A stretch of 64,000 bases of DNA from Podarcis muralis. Its lineage: Eukaryota. The stretch spans positions 21,204,001-21,268,000 of the forward strand of contig NC_135667.1 of the NCBI RefSeq assembly GCF_964188315.1. Reading direction: 5' to 3'. This document shows positions 57,767 to 64,000 of this stretch, piece by piece. Position 1 is the first letter of the stretch. Every line of letters starts with the position of its first letter. A program made the position numbers and the translations under genes. The notes under the pieces were generated by a model. That model ran no database searches and had not been told where the DNA came from. It was given only the letters and a program-made list of their open reading frames with translations.

Positions 57767-59775
57767 CCTTGCACTTCAACCTCTTCGGTGCCGTCGGAGA
57801 CCGAGGAGCCCTTTTTATGCCGTCCATCCCACCCCCGGGGGCAGGGACGCGGACTTATAAAAAATATTGGGGGGGCCCGGGAAAGCTCATGAATAATAAA
57901 TAAGCTCATGAATATGCAAATAAAGTGGCGCCGCCTCCTCGTGAGCGAATAGGGGAGAGCGTGCTGCGCCTATTAATCAGCTCCAAAGGAAATTGGGTGG
58001 AGCTTTTGCTCGGGAGGGAGGGCAGGAGGCATGCAGCCCGCCCCTCCCTGTGCATTTTGGGCTGGGGGAGGGGCGGCGATGGCGCTCTGCTGGAGGGGCG
58101 CCGGAGATTATTGGGGGGGCGGAGCCCCCCCAAACGAATTTTTGAGGGGGCTCGGGCCCCCTCAAGCCCCATGGAGTCGGCGCCTATGCCCGGGGGGCGT
58201 GTCCCCCTCGGCTTGCTCCTGCCGTCGGCGCTGCGTTCATGCACGACTTTCCCATAAATAGGTTTATGGGAATTAACAGAGAAGGAGACTCCAAACAATA
58301 ACTTGGAACATCAAAAGAAAGAATAACACTTGCCCAATCTATAGCCTAGTAACTGGTAAGGTTAAATATGTGGGAGACCGAGACAGGATTATTAGCAATA
58401 TATTTATAGGGTACTGAACTGGGAGCCAGTTCCAAACTGGACCATTTCCCCTGGAATCTTAATTGAATCACGCACACATAAGCAAATCATAAATATTCTT
58501 CCTTATTTCAGGATTGGTGGGAAATGGTCCAGTTTGGAACTGGGCCCCAGTTTAGGAGCCTTGAAATGTATTTCTGAACATCCAGCTTGGTTCTCCCATA
58601 TATTTAACTTCACTAATTAGACTGGGCTGAACTACAGATTGGGTAAGTGTTACGTTCTTTCTTTTGACATTGCAAGTTGTTTTGAGTCTGTTCCTATGTT
58701 TATTCCCATAAACTTACTATGTCTTGCATGAACACTTCAGTCGTGCATATTTTTCAGTAGGCTGAACTAGATTCTCAGCCCCACCCGCAATATGTTACAT
58801 TTGGGGAGTTTGGCAATGTGGGAATGAATCGGATGCTCTTCATTGTTCAATATTTGGTGCTGGGTCCAGCAAGCGGTGGGACAAGATTCTTTGCGTGGAT
58901 CTCTAGGAAAAGAAACAGCAGCCCAGCACCAAGAGGAAGCTTCTAAAGAGAAATTGCTCAGTTTTCCATGGCACAGCTCTTAGGGTATCTGAAGGTGCCT
59001 ATAATTTCTGCATGAAGAGAAAATGAAGCCTGGGCCGAGTATGGTTTGTGGGAATCAAAACATATTTGCATATATTTGGGTGTGGAGGGGTTTGCATAAA
59101 TTGCATAAATGAGGGAAGAGCGGAGCAATCACTGATTAGCTGGATGTTGGCTGGAAGAGGAGAGAAGCAAGCAAGAGAAAAAAAAGTATTATGCTGTTCC
59201 AAGCCTTGCCTATCATGTAGAGTGGACAGCAGGTGGAGTAGAACAGTGTTTACCAAATTTGCGTCTCCTGCTGTGGATGAACCACAACTCCCATCATCCC
59301 TAGCAAGCAGGACCAGTGGTCAGGGATGATGGGAACGGTAGTCCAAAAACAGCTGGAGACCCACGTTTGGAAGACACTATACTAGAATCATGAATTGTGG
59401 GCTTCCTGAGTGGGCTTTGCAGCACTCTGAAGATGGCAATAACTGAAGAGGTTTTGGGAGTTTCCCTTCTCCCCTCTTGTGGCCCTTGATTCTCACAGTC
59501 CCTCATTTTCAACAGGGTGATGCTAAAAGAGAATTGAAAGGCTAGCAAAATTAGCCTCATCCCACTGACTCATCCTCACTAGCAAAGGGCTCATTAACCC
59601 CTTCTGCAACCCCTGAATGTGAACAACAAGCAGAGGCCTCTCGGCTCCCGTTTACTATCAGAGGTCTCCTCACAGCATTTATGTCTGTTGCTACTTTTAC
59701 AGTTCCTGCCTGAAGAACAAGCATCTTGAGACTGAGGCAATAAGCAGATTGTGCTATAAATGCCTGGTTGTAATA

Positions 59776-59891
59776 CAGTGGTACCTCGGGTTAAGAACTT
59801 AATTCGTTCTGGAGGTAATATTTCTGGGTTAGCGGAGTCTGTAACTGGAAGGGTATGTAACCTCAAGCGTATGTAACCCAAGGTACCACTG
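59776..59891. mobile_element. Short Tc1/mariner MITE
   Basis: TA TSD; TIR CAGTGGTACCTCGGGTTA / TAACCCAAGGTACCACTG; paralogous empty site ggttgtaatactggaactgagggcc at about 51915-51940. Confidence 0.85.
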
Positions 59892-60346
59892 TACTGGAAC
59901 TGAGGGCCTAAGAATGAAGTGGACGGACAGAAGTTGCCAGGAATGAAGAAATGTTGAAATAAAACAAAGCTACAAAGAATTACTACATAAGTGGGTTGTC
60001 AAGAAACAATGACCAAGAGGTGGAACTTAGGTCTTGTTAAAGGCCTGGCAGATGTTGGTAGGAGCAGAGCCTGTGCTTGTATTAAACTGGAGGCAGAGTG
60101 GGCCAGTGGCCCTTCCTTTTTGTGAGCACTCCCTTAGCTACTGTTCTTAAACGGCTATGGGGAGCGTAGGGGCATGATTTGACTAAAATTTGGGACAGTC
60201 AGTGGGTAGGGCTTGTGGATTTCACTAAGCCTGTATCTTTTCCCTCATAATTTGAGTGGAGACTCGTTTTAACTCCTGCGGTTAGTACTTGCTAAGGAGT
60301 GAAGGAATTGTAGAGGGTTTTTATGTGTATGAGTATACAACCTCCT

Positions 60347-60714
60347 GGGACGTGGGTGGCGCTGTGGGTTAAACCACAGTGCCTAGGACTTGCCGATCGG
60401 AAGGTCGGCGATTCGAATCCCCGCGACAGGGTGAGCTCCCATTGCTCGGTCCCTGCTCCTGCCAACCTAGCAGTTCTAAAACTTGTCAGAGTGCAAGTAG
60501 ATAAATAGGTACCACTCCGGCGGGAAGGAAAACGGCGTTTCCGTGCGCTGCTCTGGTTCGCCAGAAGCGGCTTAGTCACGCTGGCCACATGACCCAGAAA
60601 AGCTGTCTTCAGAATCGGACAAACGTTGGCTCCCTTGGCCAGTAAAGCGAGATGAGCGCCGCAACTCCAGAGTTGGTCATTACTGGACCTAACGGTCAGG
60701 GTTCCCTTTACCTT
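60347..60714 (+). mobile_element. Sauria SINE
   Basis: GGGACGTGGGTGGCGCTGTGGGTTAAACC head..cccttta cctt tail; TSD tatacaacctcc; empty site in the inverted paralog at about 62892-62910. Confidence 0.9.
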
Positions 60715-62287
60715 TTATACAACCTCCAAAGGTGACACCATTTTTTATAATCTGGTGAAATCCCCACTCAGGTACAGGACAGAGTCCTCAGACTGTCTTG
60801 CACTTAAGACTTTCTTGCACTCAGCGCCTTGGAATTACATGGGTAACAGTTTTTAAAAAACAAAATATATGGAGCTCACAGCAAGCTGCTGTTATCTCAG
60901 AAGCCAGCTTTTACCAGAGAGTGGCTGCCTCATGGACATGCTAGACTCTCCAGTACCTCAGGGCGGCTGTGAAGCTGAGAGATCTTATTTGAAGATTTTA
61001 ACAGTGGGTAGCAGGCTCACCAAGTCCTAGACTAGTTAGGTAGTGAAGAGGGGAGTATTCTGCTGGTATAAACCTCATCAGAGTTGTACCGATGGGTCAG
61101 AAGGGAGGACTCTAGAACACATAGGGTGGTGGTCAACTAACTCCTTCTTGTAGGAGACCCATTGAAGTTAACGAACCCAAGTTAACCATGTCCATTAGCA
61201 TAAATGGGTCTGCTTGGAGTAGGACTTGTGTTGAATCCCACCCCTAGTATCAGCCATGTAGGACCTTATTAGGTCCATAGCTGTCAACCAACAGATTTGA
61301 AAGTAAGGGACCAGCAGCCAATATAAGGGACATGCAGCCTCACCTGTTCCAGGCACTCCAGTCTTCCTGTCCTCCTGCAGTCTGGTCAAACTCATGCTGG
61401 TAGCTTCAAGAACACTGTGCAACCAACTTTGTAACCAGAGGTTCAACTGAATAGAATTTGAATCACATGCACCACAAGGCCTATGCAGCCTCAACTTAAG
61501 ATGGCTCCCCGGTCTGGCTTTGCACTGCTAAGTTTGCAGTAGCACGTGCAACAAAATGGCGCCCAGCATTCAAAAACCCCCTCGGCTTGCATTAACTAGC
61601 CACACACAAGGCATGCAAGCTCCACCCCCGTCGTTCTTAGACTTCTTATTGGGTGAGCAGCACAGCCAAGCAACACAGTTGGAGCCTCCCTCCTCCCTGG
61701 CCGGCAGGGAGGGAGGGAGAGGAGCTGCTTCCTTTGAAATTTAAGGGACAACATTTAAGGGACATTTATCAATAAGGGACAGCAGCGGGACATGGCACTG
61801 GAATAAGGGACTGTCCCTTCAAATAAGGGACACGTGACAGCTATGATCAGGTCGTTTTGACAGTCATCATAAGCACCAAAGCAAAGGCCACGAATTGTTA
61901 GTAACTTTGCTTGGAAAGTTCTTATAGTACTTCGATCTCCAAACACTTCATGTATGCTCCTAATTTTATACCAGCAGAGGTTGGGCAAGTTTTGACAAGG
62001 AATAATTTAGGAGTTACTGCAGTGTCTCACAATTTGTTACTTAGATGAAGTGGGGTGAGGGTTGATATCTAGAAAGGGGGCAGTGCCAAGCAGCCTGGTT
62101 TCCTCCTGCAATTTGGGTGCCAACCAGCCAGGGGAAAACAATAGTCAAGCACTCTTGACTTCCAGGAGAGTGGTTTTGTTTGTGTGTGTGTGCAAAAGCC
62201 ACAATTTTGGAGCTGGTTTTCAGAATTTTTGGAGTAAAACTAGAATGCAAAGCGTTATTTTCCATCTTATGAACACACTTGAACTTG

Positions 62288-62290
<3 letters not shown>

Positions 62291-62331
<41 letters not shown>

Positions 62332-62345
62332 CCACACACACACAT
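62291..62345 (+). repeat. (CA)n microsatellite
   Basis: Long ca run. Confidence 0.95.
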
Positions 62346-63693
62346 ACACCGCAACAAGCCAGACTGTTAAGCTCACCATTTCATACTTGGCTGCAAGAGA
62401 CTGCAAGATGCGTGTTGTTGGTGGTTGCAGGTTTGTGCCTCCTCATAGGCAAGCAGAGACCCACAGATCTGAGCCAGCCTTGGTAGCCAGCCAGAATTTG
62501 CACTTGCCACTCGCTTTACTTCTCCTCATAATGGGGGAGAAATGTCACGCTGAGCTCTGGAGGTTTTTTCAGACCTAATAAATACTAGAGGGACAAGCCT
62601 TCTCTCAAGCTCCAAATCCATGTGTGTGTTGAGGGAACTTCCTCAATGCTCTTCCAAGAGGCTCCACATGAGGGCCAGGAAAATCCCCTGCCCTTCTCTG
62701 AGCTAAGGAGAAGGCAGAATAATCTCCCAGGTTTAGGGCTGAGTTTTGGGCCTAGGATGAGATCTGTCACTGTTACCCACGTAATTCCAAGGCGCTGAGT
62801 GCAGGAAAGTCTGAAGTGCAAGACGGTCTGAGGACTCTGCCCTGTACCTGAGTGGGGATTTCACCAGATTACAAAAAATGGTGTCACCTGTGGAGGTTGT
62901 ATACTCATACACATAAAAACCCTCTACAATTCCTTCACTCCTTAGCACAGGTGTAAACCAGCATATCAGCAAGTACTAACCATGGGAGTGAAAATGAGGC
63001 TCCACTCAAATTATGAGGGAAAAGGTGCCGGTTTAGTGAAATCCACAAGCCCTACCCATTGACTGTCCCAAACTTAAGTCAAATCATGCCCCTACGCTCT
63101 CCATAGCCGTTTAAGAACAGTAGCTAAGGGAGTTTTCACAAAAAGGAAGGGCCACTGGCCCACTCTGCCTCCAGTTTAATACAAGCACAGGCTCTGCTCC
63201 TACCAACATTTGCCAGGCCTTTAACAAGGCCTACTTAGTCACTGTTTGTTGACAACCCAGTTATGTAGTAATTCTTTGTAGCTTTGTTTTATTTCAACAT
63301 TTCTTCAGTCCTGGCTACTTGGAGGTTGACAGCCACTAGCAAAGTCTCTGCCATGGTAGAAGGGAGATTTCCTCCCACAAAGTCCTAACACCAAAGAGCA
63401 GAAAAGCAGTATCATCCACTACCATGTTTGTTCCTTAGGAATAAGGTTGCCCTTGTTCCTCTTCTAGCTATTTGATTATGATTCTTTAAAAAGAAATGTC
63501 ATTCCTATTTTAATAGTGCTTTTTTGTTACTGGATGAGAGACTATTCCTTGGTGAAAGTTACCCCTCTCACTCACTCTTGTTAGCTGGGTTGTGCAAATT
63601 AAGATTCAGCAATAACTGAACAAAACCTGAAAGCTTTGCTGGTCAAGGAGCTGGAAAGAAGGCCATCTTCAAGATTTGAAATATCTTCTAAAG

Positions 63694-64000
63694 CAGGGGT
63701 CTGCAACCTTTAAGACAAAAAGAGCCACTTGGACCCGTTTCCGAAGGGAAAAAAACAAGGAGCTGCAAAACTCGTCATTATAAAAATAACTTTTTTGTCA
63801 CTTTTTTATTATTTCTTTGTTTGACCCCTCAGAATTACTCCTCCTCATAGAAATAAATGTTAAATTAACAAGTTATCTTTTTGTGTGTGTGTGTTCTTCA
63901 CTCCCCTTCAAAACAGTGACCAGCGTACATGCCCCCTTTCAATGCAGTGACCAGCGTACATGCCCCCTACAATGTAGCGGGCGGGCGGGAAGGTGATGTT
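63694..64000. mobile_element. Left end of a hAT-type MITE running off the window
   Basis: CAGGGGTCTGCAACCTT terminus preceded by TTCTAAAG (Charlie-like target); short internal tandem repeat cagtgaccagcgtacatgcccc. Confidence 0.55.

Noticed and set aside
60347-60430. tRNA gene
   Set aside because: It is the tRNA-derived head of a Sauria SINE and continues into the SINE body.

Overview
Vertebrate genomic DNA, most likely a squamate and probably a lacertid lizard (inferred from Sauria SINEs, RTE-BovB and squamate-type L1). The window holds the 3' part of a Ngaro/DIRS tyrosine-recombinase retrotransposon (1-3.7 kb), a disabled SCAN-C2H2 zinc-finger gene (10.6-20.2 kb) interrupted by a full-length Ty1/copia element with apparently identical LTRs, and many LINE, SINE and MITE fragments. 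The main signal, invisible in the ORF track because it is spliced, is a tandem/inverted array of small 3-exon genes derived from alpha-globin: seven copies with open spliced reading frames (75-108 aa), one exon-1 fragment and three older exon2-exon3 relics. They keep alpha-globin exon-1 length and intron phases, a DPVN motif and a fossil S-K/I-Y-R-stop, but have lost the proximal His (His to Pro), have intronised the first 10 codons of exon 2, and carry a hypervariable but frame-preserving exon 2. All translations and alignments were done by eye; expression and function are untested.
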